Position numbers and translations under genes: made by a program
Assembly: GCA_046262915.1 (NCBI GenBank)
Contig: JBHELW010000319.1
Location: 1 to 41,932 of the forward strand
DNA length: 41,932 bases
DNA from: Mycobacteriales bacterium
GTDB lineage: Bacteria; Actinomycetota; Actinomycetes; BP-191
Reading direction: 5' to 3'
Notes under the pieces: generated by a model
Database searches by the model: none
Told to the model about the DNA's origin: nothing
What the model saw: only the letters and a program-made list of their open reading frames with translations
Part shown: piece by piece, positions 1-7,144 of the stretch
Layout: each line of letters begins with the position of its first letter
How positions within the stretch are numbered: position 1 is the first letter of the stretch

Positions 1-64
1 CGAAGGTGCGCGCGAGCTCGATGCGGAGGAGCGCGAGCAGGCGGTCGTTCGAGAGCTCGGCCAC
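1..64 (-). CDS. 5' part of a further leftward early gene, cut by the window start
   Basis: GTG at 64..62 lies 2 nt after the TAG (69..67) of the upstream gene. All 21 visible codons end in G or C (VAELSNDRLLALLRIELARTF). Confidence 0.35.
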   Translation of the reverse strand, partial: MAELSNDRLLALLRIELARTF

Positions 65-66
65 GG

Positions 67-504
67 CTACGCGACCTTGGCCGGCACGAAGTCGGGCTGA
101 GCGGCGAGGGTCGCGCGGAGCGCCGCGCGCGCGGCCACCGCGATCGCGATCCGCCCCTCGCACCGCTGGCGGTAAGTCACCAGCAGCAACGAGGTGAGCC
201 GCGCGCTGTCGCTGTCCCACATCGGGAGGCGGATCGTCAGGCCGGCCGGGAGGCGCGTCGGGACCTCGCGCACGTGGTCGCGGAACAGCTGCTCGGCATG
301 GGCGCCGAGACGGCTGGCGAGCGCGCGGAGGGCGGCGATCGGCGCGCGACGAACGCGGTCATCGCGGTCCAGCACGCGGCGTGCTGCGTCGAGCGTGCGC
401 TCGACGTCGAGATAGGCGAGCGAGACGACGCCCCCGCGGGTCAGAAGTTCGAGCGTGGTCACGGCGAGCGTCGGCGCTCGCCCCGGGTTGAGGATGTTCT
501 CCAT
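67..504 (-). CDS. Hypothetical early-left protein (145 aa)
   Basis: ORF 67..564. The ATG at 504 is preferred because 505-564 is AT-richer and holds a promoter/operator-like sequence. Protein-like composition, no motif recognised. Confidence 0.6.
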   Translation of the reverse strand: MENILNPGRAPTLAVTTLELLTRGGVVSLAYLDVERTLDAARRVLDRDDRVRRAPIAALRALASRLGAHAEQLFRDHVREVPTRLPAGLTIRLPMWDSDSARLTSLLLVTYRQRCEGRIAIAVAARAALRATLAAQPDFVPAKVA

Positions 505-507
505 GCA

Positions 508-564
508 TTGAGTAGTAATCAACGCCGGTACATCGGTCAAGGTCGCATTTTGAGTATCTCTCAA
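508..564 (-). promoter_or_regulatory. PL-like promoter with two operator-like palindromes
   Basis: Minus strand reads TTGACC (540..535), 17 nt, TACTAC (517..512), 7 nt, ATG (504). Palindromes are TTGAGTATCTCTCAA (550-564) and TTGAGTAGTAATCAA (508-522), the same family as 1197-1211. Confidence 0.45.
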
Positions 565-787
565 CTGCGCTTGGGCGCACGCCTTCGCGAGCGCACGGGG
601 CGCTTGCGCACGACCGCCCGGGTGGCGAGCAGCTCAACCACCGCGGCGATCAGCAGAAGAGCCTCAGCATCACCACGTAAACGACGCCCGATGCTCAACA
701 CCTCTCGACGGAGACGCACGAGGTCCACAGTTGCACATCGGCAACAAGCGCAGCAATACGCCTCATGGGGCGTCGTGCGAAGAATCG

Positions 788-1165
788 TTAAGGCTTGTCC
801 CGATGCCGACGATTGCCAGCGAGCTGCTCGACCAGGTCGTCCACCAGCACGCGCTGCTCCGGCGACAGTAGGGACCACCGGGCATTGATCCGGCGCAAAA
901 CTTCATCCGCGCTGCTCACCGTGCTCGGAGCGGGCCGGCCGAGCTCTCGGTGAATTCCCGGGACGAGCCTGCTCTCGCGCGTTTCTGTGCGCCACAACAC
1001 AGTTAGGGCACCCGGCGTGCAACCGATCCTGCGCGCCATCTCGGCCGGTGAGATCCCGGCCTTCGCCATATCGAGTCGGACGCCACGTTTCCACTCGTCA
1101 TCGACGGGCCACGAGGGTCCGCGGGGTCTCGACTGGCGAGCCATCAGGGTCGGGTAGTTGACCAC
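788..1165 (-). CDS. CI-like HTH (XRE-type) repressor
   Basis: HTH segment GISPAEMARRIGCTPGALTVLW. Divergent from a second HTH gene across a short operator-bearing spacer. GTG start at 1165, alternative ATG at 1144. Confidence 0.7.
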   Translation of the reverse strand: MVNYPTLMARQSRPRGPSWPVDDEWKRGVRLDMAKAGISPAEMARRIGCTPGALTVLWRTETRESRLVPGIHRELGRPAPSTVSSADEVLRRINARWSLLSPEQRVLVDDLVEQLAGNRRHRDKP

Positions 1166-1170
1166 GGCGT

Positions 1171-1219
1171 TCTTGAGTGGGTCTTGACAGGTAGTGTTGA
1201 GAACGTCTCAATGCACTGG
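1171..1219 (+). promoter_or_regulatory. PR-like promoter with operator
   Basis: TTGACA (1184-1189), 17 nt, CTCAAT (1207-1212), 7 nt, ATG (1220). Perfect-arm palindrome TTGAGAACGTCTCAA at 1197-1211. TCTTGA direct repeat at 1171-1176 and 1182-1187. Confidence 0.45.
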
Positions 1220-1519
1220 ATGGAACGACCAATCCGGACCCGGCGGAAAAGCAAGGGCGAGCAGCGCCCCCGGCGTGTTCTTGCCGACTCCGAGCAGGAG
1301 CTCCGCGCTCGACTGATCGCCTGGCGCACGGCGACCGGGCGGAGCATGAGCGCCCTCGCGCGCGACGCGGACATCACCACGTCGTCGGTGTCGCTCTACT
1401 TCAGCGGCATGATGATGCCGTCGTACGCGACGCTGGTCGCGATGGTGGTCAAGGGGTTCGGCATCTCGATGCAGCGCTTCTATGGGCCGCTGCCGCAGCA
1501 GCCTAGAGCCGCCGCGTGA
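1211..1519 (+). CDS. Cro-like XRE-family HTH regulator
   Basis: HTH_3-like segment RSMSALARDADITTSSVSLYFSGMMMPSYATLVAMV. The track start (TTG 1184) is the -35 hexamer. Real start is ATG 1211, or ATG 1220 if the mRNA is leaderless. Confidence 0.7.
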   Translation: MHWMERPIRTRRKSKGEQRPRRVLADSEQELRARLIAWRTATGRSMSALARDADITTSSVSLYFSGMMMPSYATLVAMVVKGFGISMQRFYGPLPQQPRAAA

Positions 1520-1605
1520 TGGTCCGCCTCTCACCGGGTTGCACCGTGGAGCCGCTCAGAGGATCTCGCAAGCTGCGCGGGTGCGCAGCGGTGGCGCGGC
1601 TCACG

Positions 1606-1902
1606 TCACGGTGTTCGGCAGCGCACCACGAGCGTGACTTCCGGGAGTTCGGTCGTGCGCCGGCCGAAGACCGCGACGTGCTCGGTGCTCGTGGCGACGC
1701 CCGTCTTGTTCTCGAGCACGTCGTAGCCCGCGACGCAAACCTCGCCGGCGCGCTGCATCGCGTACCGGGTGGCGAGCGACTCGCTCACCTGCTCGTCGTC
1801 GGGCACCGAACGGATCATGTACCGCCCGTCGCTGATCGCGGTGGCCTCGGCTCGGTAGGCGTGTGCGCATCCGGCCAGAAAAAGGACTGCCAGCATCCGC
1901 AC
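1606..1902 (-). CDS. Small lipoprotein (moron)
   Basis: Signal peptide plus lipobox MRMLAVLFLAGC. Shares an EVTLVVRC-type C-terminal block with the upstream paralog. Antisense to the surrounding rightward operon. Confidence 0.7.
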   Translation of the reverse strand: MRMLAVLFLAGCAHAYRAEATAISDGRYMIRSVPDDEQVSESLATRYAMQRAGEVCVAGYDVLENKTGVATSTEHVAVFGRRTTELPEVTLVVRCRTP

Positions 1903-1905
1903 GCA

Positions 1906-2451
1906 TCACCTCCGCATGGCACAGGCCGAGCCATCGCGGCCGAAGGTCTCTTCGATCTCGGCGCAGGCGGCCGCCCCCGGAAAGCAGCCGCTCGGCGCGC
2001 AGACCGCCATGCTGCGAAATTCACATGGCGCGTACACGCCATCGGTCGCCCTTCGACGCCACAGCTCGCAGGCTCCCGGTCCGCGATCACCGCCGGCGCA
2101 GGAGCCGAATCCGTCGGGTCTAGCTGTGCACCAGAAGCCCTGAGATGTTCGCGATTCGGATTCTGGCCCACCACAACGCACAACGATCGTGACCTCGGGC
2201 TTCCGCACCTGCTGGTAGCCGTAGCTCGTCCGGAAATAGGCGGACGACGAGCCAGCGGCGCTGTCCTGGATCTCATAGCCGCCCGGGCACAGCTCGTTCG
2301 CGCGTTCGTTGGCCGCCGCGATCGCCTCGCCTTGTCCGCCGAACGCGTTGCCGCGGACGTTGACCACGTAGAGGTCCTTGCGGATGCGCGTGGCGTCGAC
2401 GCTGACGCAGGCCCCGGTCAGCACCGTCACCACGACCAGAATCTTCCTCAT
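1906..2451 (-). CDS. Lipoprotein, paralog of 1606..1902 with a Cys-rich C-terminal extension
   Basis: Lipobox VLTGAC. The domain ending EVTIVVRC matches the downstream gene, and about 70 Cys-rich residues follow. The stop lies 3 nt before the next start. Confidence 0.7.
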   Translation of the reverse strand: MRKILVVVTVLTGACVSVDATRIRKDLYVVNVRGNAFGGQGEAIAAANERANELCPGGYEIQDSAAGSSSAYFRTSYGYQQVRKPEVTIVVRCGGPESESRTSQGFWCTARPDGFGSCAGGDRGPGACELWRRRATDGVYAPCEFRSMAVCAPSGCFPGAAACAEIEETFGRDGSACAMRR

Positions 2452-2518
2452 CCCGCCACGCTATCGCCGGGCGCGCCCTTCCGCAATCCGCCGCGTTTCG
2501 CGGCACCCGAGGTCCTCC

Positions 2519-3163
2519 ATGGCCGATGACCGGTCCGACGCCGATCGCGCGATCCGCGAGCTCGCGCACCAGCCCAACAGGACGACGTGCGGCCTGCAGC
2601 GGACCGCCCTGGTCCGCAGCCTCCACCCGCGGATCGCCGCGCTCGACCTCGGCTCGCTGCGGGTGCTCGACCGGCTGGCAACCCGGCTCGAGCAGCTGCG
2701 GGCCGTGCACGGCGATCTCGAGCTCGACGTGGTGCACGGCCGGCTGGCCGCGCGGTTCGGCCACGAGGCGGTCGACGGCCTGCTCTACGCGATCAGTGAG
2801 CAACTCGCCGTTGAGGACCAGGACCACGCCGAGCTCCGCGAGGCCGCGCGGGCCGAGCTTCTTACCCAGCCCGGTGCAGGCGAGGCGATCCGCGAGTACC
2901 GCGAGCGAGTGCGCCAGTCGGTGCGGCTAGGCGCGGCGCCGATCGTGCGGCTGCCGCGTCGGCCGATCTGCAACGGGCTCACGGCGCGCTGGTGCCCGCG
3001 CTGCGGCGACTGCAGCTGCGGCGAGGGTGAGGCCGTCGAGCTGAACGATCCCGGATGCCCACTGCACGCGCCGGGTAGCAAGCACGCCGAACCGCCCGAC
3101 GAGATCGGCGGGGTCGTCGGCGCGTACGAGGAACTGACGGTCGAGCTCGGAGGCGAGGGCTGA
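2519..3163 (+). CDS. Hypothetical protein with C-terminal Cys cluster (zinc-ribbon-like)
   Basis: ATG 2519 inside ORF 2378..3163. C-terminal segment is CNGLTARWCPRCGDCSCGEG...CPLH. The stop overlaps a downstream ATG (TGATG). Confidence 0.6.
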   Translation: MADDRSDADRAIRELAHQPNRTTCGLQRTALVRSLHPRIAALDLGSLRVLDRLATRLEQLRAVHGDLELDVVHGRLAARFGHEAVDGLLYAISEQLAVEDQDHAELREAARAELLTQPGAGEAIREYRERVRQSVRLGAAPIVRLPRRPICNGLTARWCPRCGDCSCGEGEAVELNDPGCPLHAPGSKHAEPPDEIGGVVGAYEELTVELGGEG

Positions 3164-3216
3164 TGGGCAAGCGCCCGAACCCGACGCGCAACGTGCCGCA
3201 CCCCGCGCCCTTCGGC

Positions 3217-3225
3217 GGGGGGGGG
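3217..3225 (+). repeat. G9 homopolymer at a reading-frame break
   Basis: Counted directly. The ORF from ATG 3163 (frame 1) stops at 3243, while coding-like GC3 continues in frame 2 after the tract. Confidence 0.9.
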
Positions 3226-3349
3226 CGTCGACGGCATGCGTAGCCGATCGGACTTCGCGGGCTCGACGGCGCGCTTGAAGCGGCGCACCCGTTCGCACGC
3301 CGAGTGGACGGCCAACACGGTGAAGCGCAGCGACATCACCGCACCGAAG

Positions 3350-3358
3350 CCCCCCCCC
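3350..3358 (+). repeat. C9 homopolymer at a second reading-frame break
   Basis: Counted directly. Frame 2 (ATG 3236) is coding-like up to the tract. The methylase frame (frame 0) is open from 3324 and coding-like from 3360. Confidence 0.9.
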
Positions 3359-3494
3359 GCTGTTCAACCTGCACGAGGATCAGAACGACGAGCCGCTGGA
3401 GGTCGAGCCGCAGCCGATCTACGGCCAGTACCCGCGCGGGCTGATCGCGAAGCTGCTCCCCCTGCTGCGCTGCGAGCGCCGCGAGATCCTGCAC

Positions 3495-3881
3495 GTGTGC
3501 TCCGGCGCGCTTCCGCGCGGGGAAGGGATCCGGGTCGACGTGCGGCCTGAGGCTCGACCGGACATCCTGGCGGACGGTCGCGCGCTGCCGCTGCGCGACG
3601 GCTCGATCGCCGCGGTGATGTGCGACCCGCCGTACTGCGAGGAGTACGCCGAATCGCTGTACGGGGTCGAGTACCCGCGGCCGGCGCACCTGCTCGCCGA
3701 GGCCGCGCGCGTCGTGCGGCCCGGTGGCCGCATTGCCTTCGTGCACTACATCGTGCCGGCGCCGCCGGCGGGAACGCGCGTGGTGCGGATCCTCGGGCTG
3801 TCGACAGGGTTCAACATGCCGATGCGCGCGCTCACCGTGCTCGAACGCGACCAGGCCGAGCTCGCGCTGGGGGTCGGGTGA
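3495..3881 (+). CDS. SAM-dependent DNA methyltransferase (N6-A/N4-C type, DPPY motif); the ORF as it stands lacks its N-terminus
   Basis: Motif I-like ILHVCSG spans the track start, and motif IV is AVMCDPPY. The same frame is open and protein-like from 3360 (PIYGQYPRGLIAKLL) but has no ATG/GTG/TTG. See the frameshift finding. Confidence 0.7.
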   Translation: MCSGALPRGEGIRVDVRPEARPDILADGRALPLRDGSIAAVMCDPPYCEEYAESLYGVEYPRPAHLLAEAARVVRPGGRIAFVHYIVPAPPAGTRVVRILGLSTGFNMPMRALTVLERDQAELALGVG

Positions 3882-4537
3882 TGGCCCAGCTCGAGCTCTT
3901 ACTGCCGCGGCCGCCTGCGCTGGTCGCCGCGCTCTACGTGGAGGCAGGCGGCCCCTACTTCCGCATGCGGGGCGTCGACCCGTGGGACGTCGAGCGCGAC
4001 GCGCGGACCTACGCGGGGCCGCTGCCGATCGTCGCGCACCCGCCGTGCGGTCCGTGGGGTTGCCTCGCGCACCTCTACCAGGGCGCCGAGCACGACTGCG
4101 CGCCGGCAGCGATCGCGGCGGCCAGGGAATGGGGGGGGGTGGTCGAGCATCCCGAGCGCTCGCGGCTGTGGCGCGCTCTCGATCTCCCCGAGCCCGACGA
4201 GCCCGCTGACCTGTTCGGCGGATTCACGGTCGCCGTCGAGCAGTGCGCGTGGGGTCATCTCGCGCGCAAGCGCTCGTGGCTCTATGTCGTCGGCGTCCCG
4301 AGGAGCGTCGTGCTGAGCGGCGTCAGAACCGGCGGCACGCCGACGCACTGGATCTCCGGATTCCGCTCCTCGACCTCGCGCAATCCGAAGCACTACCAGC
4401 AGAACGGCAGCGCCGTCCCGCCCGGCATCAAGGTCTGCAGCGCGCAGCAGCGCCGCCGCACCCCGCCGGCGTTCGCAGCGTGGTTGGTCGAGCTCGCCGC
4501 GAGCGCGCGGCGACCGGCCGTGAGCAGGGCCGCCTGA
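3881..4537 (+). CDS. Compact cytosine-C5-methyltransferase-like protein (divergent)
   Basis: ATGA overlap with the upstream gene. Motif-like blocks appear in C5-MTase order: YVEAGG (I), AHPPCGPWG (IV), VVEHPERS (VI), CAWGHLARKRSWLY (VIII), NGSAVPPG (X). Only 218 aa. Confidence 0.45.
   Translation: MAQLELLLPRPPALVAALYVEAGGPYFRMRGVDPWDVERDARTYAGPLPIVAHPPCGPWGCLAHLYQGAEHDCAPAAIAAAREWGGVVEHPERSRLWRALDLPEPDEPADLFGGFTVAVEQCAWGHLARKRSWLYVVGVPRSVVLSGVRTGGTPTHWISGFRSSTSRNPKHYQQNGSAVPPGIKVCSAQQRRRTPPAFAAWLVELAASARRPAVSRAA
4131..4139 (+). repeat. G9 homopolymer, in frame (encodes W-G-G-V)
   Basis: Counted directly. This is the third 9-nt G/C run within 1 kb. Confidence 0.9.
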
Positions 4538-5670
4538 TGGACTGGAGCAACGAGCGGTTCGTGCGCCTGTACACCCGCGACACGCCCGAGTGGCTGTGCT
4601 GGTCATGGCAGGCGCGCGCGCTGTGGCCGCACCTGATCCGGAAGGCCGACCGCAGCGGCGTGATCGCCAACAAGCTCGGCGCGCGCGGCCTGGCGGCGCT
4701 GGTCGGGCTGCCGGTGGATCTGGTGGAGGCCGCCCTTCCCGACCTGGTCGCGGACGGCTGCCTCCAGGACCACCAGCTCGGCTACGTGATCCCGAACTAC
4801 ATCGAGGCCCAGGAGACCCCGCAGTCCGACAAACAGCGGCAGCGCGAAAGTAGGGAGCGTCGCAGGGTCGTCACAAATCGTGACAGCGAGTCACGAATCG
4901 TGACCGAACGTCACGCGGTGTCACGCGATGTCACTCCGATCCGATCCGATCCGATCCGATCCGAAGATCTCCCTCCCGCGCGCGATCCAGCGGTACCGGC
5001 CCTGGCACCTGCGCCGGCCCAGCCCCTACTCCCCGGCCCGCTCGTCACGACCCCCGCGGAGATCGCGAGGGCTCAGCCGGCCTCGCGCGAGGTCGGAAAA
5101 CCGGCAACCACCGGCGAGCCGACCCTCGACCAGCTCTGGTCCGAGCTCGAGCAGGCCCGCCAGCGCGCTGCGGTCGCCCGCGGGGTCGCGATCCGCCCGC
5201 TCGTCGCGCACGATCGCGGCCGACGCGACCTCGCGGAGGCGCTCGTCGAGGCCGCTCGCGTCGGCGAGCGCGCCAAGCTGGTGGCCGACGTGCGGCACGC
5301 CATCGCGGCCGCGGAGGCCGAGTCACGCGTCGCGCCCGAGCCCGGCAAGCCCGATCGGCTCCAGTGGTTCACGGGCGCCGTGTTCAGCCCGGACAACTTC
5401 CGGCGCCTCGCTGGCACGCCGTTGGCGAAGCGATCGGCGGACGCAGGGGCGAAGCGTCGTCGGGAAGTCGCGACGCAACCGGCCTCCGCCGATCGCAAGC
5501 GGACCGCTGCCGAGCTCGCCGAGCTGAGCGCGATGGCGAACCACGTCGCGGCGCTCCCCACAGCCGAGCTCGTGAAGCGATTTGGCTCGCCCGACGGAGC
5601 GCGAGCGCCGCCGGCGAGTGCTGCACCCACCGATCCCGACGACGAACCCCGACGAAAGGCAGCAACGTGA
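4537..5670 (+). CDS. Replication initiator/organizer-like protein
   Basis: TGATG junction. The N-terminal about 100 aa (ERFVRLYTRDTPEWLCWSWQARALWPHLIRKADRSGVI) resemble phage replisome-organizer winged-helix N-termini. An iteron array lies in the linker coding region. Confidence 0.5.
   Translation: MDWSNERFVRLYTRDTPEWLCWSWQARALWPHLIRKADRSGVIANKLGARGLAALVGLPVDLVEAALPDLVADGCLQDHQLGYVIPNYIEAQETPQSDKQRQRESRERRRVVTNRDSESRIVTERHAVSRDVTPIRSDPIRSEDLPPARDPAVPALAPAPAQPLLPGPLVTTPAEIARAQPASREVGKPATTGEPTLDQLWSELEQARQRAAVARGVAIRPLVAHDRGRRDLAEALVEAARVGERAKLVADVRHAIAAAEAESRVAPEPGKPDRLQWFTGAVFSPDNFRRLAGTPLAKRSADAGAKRRREVATQPASADRKRTAAELAELSAMANHVAALPTAELVKRFGSPDGARAPPASAAPTDPDDEPRRKAAT
4870..4964 (+). repeat. 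Candidate origin: seven GTSAC pentamers at exact 10-bp spacing followed by (TCCGA)6
   Basis: GTCAC/GTGAC at 4870, 4880, 4890, 4900, 4910, 4920 and 4930. The first four form two GTCAC-N5-GTGAC palindromes. TCCGA x6 at 4935-4964. Confidence 0.55.
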
Positions 5671-6689
5671 ACGTCCTGCTCTGGCACCTCGACGGCAAGC
5701 TGCCGAACCTCGCCCTGATGCGCATCGCTGCGCACCATCGCGAGCGCGGCGATCGGGTCGAGCTCCGCCGCGTGAGCAACGGCGCGGCGCTCGACGTCAA
5801 GGCGTGGCGCGAGATCGAGCCTCGGTTCGGTGACCCGGCATGGGATCGCGTCTACGCGAGCGCGATCTTCGAGCGCACGCGGCCGCTGGTCGAGCGGTTC
5901 GCGAAGCTGTACCCGACCGCCGAGCTCGGCGGCACCGGCACGTGGAGCCTCGGCCGCACGCTCGCCGACGTCGGCGTCCCCGTGGACGGTCCACTCGACT
6001 ACTCGAGCTACCCCGACTTCACCGCGTCGATGGGTTTCACCATGCGCGGCTGCCGGTTCAAGTGCTCGCACTGCGTCGTTCCGCGCAAGGAGGGACGCGC
6101 CCGCGCACACGGCACCGTCGCCGAGATCTATCGCGGCGCGCCGTGGCCACCGCACCTGCACCTGCTCGACAACGATTTCTTCGGCGTGGAGACCTGGCCC
6201 GATCGCATCGCCGAGATCCGCGACGGAGGGTTCCGCGTCTCGTTCACGCAGGGCATCAACGTCCGCGTCTCCAGCGACAAAGTCGCCGCCGCGATCGCGA
6301 GCGTTGACTTCCGCGCCGACGACATGGAGACGCGCCGGATCTATACCGCCTGGGACGCGCTGGGTGACGAGCGAGTGGTGTTCCGCGGCCTCGACTGCCT
6401 GAAGGCGCACGGCATCAAGCCCGACTGGATCATGGTCTACATGCTCATCGGGCACGCGTCCGGCGAGACTCACGAGCACCGCGATCACCGGCGCCGCCGT
6501 CTTCGCGAGTACGGCTGCCGGCCCTACCCGATGCCGTTCGTGCGGACGCCCGAGCTGCTCGGGTTCCAGCGCTGGGTGGTCGACGCGTACGACAAGGGCA
6601 TCCCGTGGGAGCGATGGAAGGCCGCTCGCTACAACCCGCGGCGTCTCGGAGATCGATTCTCGCTGCCGCTGTTTGGGGCGAGCTCATGA
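5667..6689 (+). CDS. Radical SAM enzyme with N-terminal Rossmann/B12-binding-like domain
   Basis: GTGA overlap start. CX3CX2C motif is GCRFKCSHCVVP. 340 aa. Confidence 0.75.
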   Translation: MNVLLWHLDGKLPNLALMRIAAHHRERGDRVELRRVSNGAALDVKAWREIEPRFGDPAWDRVYASAIFERTRPLVERFAKLYPTAELGGTGTWSLGRTLADVGVPVDGPLDYSSYPDFTASMGFTMRGCRFKCSHCVVPRKEGRARAHGTVAEIYRGAPWPPHLHLLDNDFFGVETWPDRIAEIRDGGFRVSFTQGINVRVSSDKVAAAIASVDFRADDMETRRIYTAWDALGDERVVFRGLDCLKAHGIKPDWIMVYMLIGHASGETHEHRDHRRRRLREYGCRPYPMPFVRTPELLGFQRWVVDAYDKGIPWERWKAARYNPRRLGDRFSLPLFGASS

Positions 6690-7144
6690 CCCGCGACCTC
6701 GCGCTCGACGACCCCGAGGTGCGCGCCGACATCGCGCACCGCGAGGCGAGCAGGCGCGACAGCACGCGGAGCTCGCTCGTCGACTGCGACGAGTGTGGGT
6801 GCCACGTGAAGGCGCACGACCTCGCGAGCGGCCAGTGCAACACGCCGGCCTGCGACTGCCAGGAGTTCCAGCGGGGCGGCGGGCCGACGTGGTCGCCGCC
6901 GGCGATCGTCGAGCGCCACCCCTGCGCAAAGAGCTGCGGGACCATCGTCGACGTTCCGCAGGAGGCGCTCGACGCCTTCGAGGCGGTGAACGTGCTGCTC
7001 GGCAAGCGCGGCCAGTCCGTGCCCAAGTCGAAGGGGTTCATCTGCGACGCCTGCAAGCGCCGCGACGACGAGCTCGTCGCGGCGCTGCGACGACCGCACC
7101 AGCAACAGCACCTCGGGCTCGCGCCCGGGAAAGGACGACCGTGA
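6686..7144 (+). CDS. Cys-rich hypothetical protein
   Basis: ATGA overlap. Cys clusters: CDECGCH, CNTPACDC, CAKSC, CDAC. Confidence 0.6.
   Translation: MTRDLALDDPEVRADIAHREASRRDSTRSSLVDCDECGCHVKAHDLASGQCNTPACDCQEFQRGGGPTWSPPAIVERHPCAKSCGTIVDVPQEALDAFEAVNVLLGKRGQSVPKSKGFICDACKRRDDELVAALRRPHQQQHLGLAPGKGRP

Noticed and set aside
561-878. ORF 561..878 (-) in the spacer between the CI-like gene and the PL-like promoter.
   Set aside because: It has mixed third-position composition, an Arg-rich product and no coupled junction. The 565-787 spacer may hold a terminator or a small gene, but neither can be supported by eye.
3217-3358. G9 and C9 pairing as a long-range RNA/DNA hairpin.
   Set aside because: A 124-nt loop with no supporting flanking complementarity makes this unconvincing. 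The coincidence of both tracts with frame breaks is the better-supported reading.
3236-3550. ORF 3236..3550 as a stand-alone 104-aa gene.
   Set aside because: Only the first 41 codons, up to the C9 tract, look coding. After the tract, the overlapping frame 0 carries the methylase motifs.
4935-4964. Tandem repeats at 4935-4964 and 38095-38400 as CRISPR arrays.
   Set aside because: The unit sizes are 5 nt and 3 nt. There are no spacers, and both repeats lie inside ORFs.
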